A DNA stretch of 64,000 nucleotides. Source: an uncultured Clostridia bacterium. GTDB taxonomy: Bacteria; Bacillota; Clostridia; Tissierellales; DATGTQ01. The DNA lies in NCBI GenBank assembly GCA_964447805.1, contig CAYUTQ010000009.1:2025-66024 (forward strand), given 5' to 3'. Below, piece by piece: positions 63,414-64,000 of this stretch. Under the pieces are notes generated by a model. It had not been told where the DNA came from and did not search any database. It saw only the letters and a program-made list of their open reading frames with translations. The first letter of the stretch is position 1, and every line of letters begins with the position of its first letter. The position numbers and the translations under genes were made by a program.

Positions 63414-64000
63414 ATATAATTTAACATAAAATTTTTAAAGGTTTCACTTAATGGTGGAAGTTGTCTATTTTTATGGTAGACAAAATAAAATTTTCTTTGT
63501 AAATTAAAATTTTCTATATAAAACACTTTATATTTTTTTAATGCTAAATCATCGGTTACTGATTTTTTGGATAAAAAACTAATTCCTACACCTAATGTAA
63601 CTAGATTTTTAATAGTCTCTGAGTCTTCCACTATAGCAATAATATTTAATTGATTTAAGTTAATATTATTGTCCAAAAGTTCCTTTCCTACGAGTTCTCT
63701 AGTTCCAGAACCTTTTTCTCTAAAAATTAGTTTTTCTTTAAATAAAATTTCTTTTTTTAAAGAAGAATAATTTTTTTGATTAAATTTAGAATTGTTTGGT
63801 GTAATTAAAAGTAATTCATCCTCCATTAGTTCAATATAATTTAAGTGTTTAGAAGGATATTTAGCACCAACTATTCCAAAATCATTTTCTCCATTAATTA
63901 TACTTTCAACAACTTCTTTTGAATCTTTATCAGTTAAGGAAAAGGTTACATCAGGATATTTACAAGTAAAACTTTTAAGTATTTCTGGTAATACATATTT
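63395..64000 (-). CDS. LysR-family transcriptional regulator, C-terminal effector-binding part (5' end outside the window)
   Basis: The reading frame stays open upstream of the listed Met to the window edge (...KYVLPEILKSFTCKYPDVTFSLTDKDSKEVVESIINGENDFGIVGAKYP...), which looks like a LysR_substrate-type fold. Confidence 0.7.
   Translation of the reverse strand, partial: KYVLPEILKSFTCKYPDVTFSLTDKDSKEVVESIINGENDFGIVGAKYPSKHLNYIELMEDELLLITPNNSKFNQKNYSSLKKEILFKEKLIFREKGSGTRELVGKELLDNNINLNQLNIIAIVEDSETIKNLVTLGVGISFLSKKSVTDDLALKKYKVFYIENFNLQRKFYFVYHKNRQLPPLSETFKNFMLNYIKDQTV

Overview
Strongly AT-rich chromosomal segment with the gene content and signals of an anaerobic low-GC Firmicute (Clostridia-like). 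All calls come from reading motifs by eye; no database search was run. Content in order: (1) a decayed Rpn-type transposase remnant, a YitT membrane protein and a 136-nt nested-hairpin repeat element. (2) A LevR-like sigma-54 activator, then a palindromic upstream site and a near-consensus -24/-12 promoter driving a DAACS transporter and an acetamidase/formamidase gene. (3) A cas-less CRISPR array of 36 repeats and 35 spacers with its own consensus promoter, duplicated spacers, and decayed genes on its distal side. (4) An APC permease and an unlisted 38-aa Cys-rich small ORF. (5) A phosphoglucomutase, an NDP-sugar pyrophosphorylase fused to a degenerate mutase module, and a 2841-aa cyclic beta-1,2-glucan synthase-like enzyme. 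(6) An ABC-2 exporter plus a helical-repeat protein, nfnAB, sdaAB/sdaAA, a divergent cis-prenyltransferase, and a PspC / FHA-FtsW-PBP2 envelope cluster. (7) pepF, nadK, an ftsH paralogue and a GC-rich rod-like RNA that I read as 6S RNA. (8) A bactofilin-M23 peptidase pair. (9) A MarR gene followed by a 1795-aa pseudokinase-STAND NTPase-TPR-GAF-GGDEF-GAF protein. (10) thpR, a hutH-hutU-ftcD-hutI operon, a cheW-degS-degU-like unit, an M18 aminopeptidase and a partial LysR gene. The best candidates for something undescribed are the giant pseudokinase/STAND/GGDEF protein, the self-contained cyclic-glucan module in a monoderm, the intact-looking orphan CRISPR array, and the LevR/EIIA-type sigma-54 circuit controlling a non-PTS operon.
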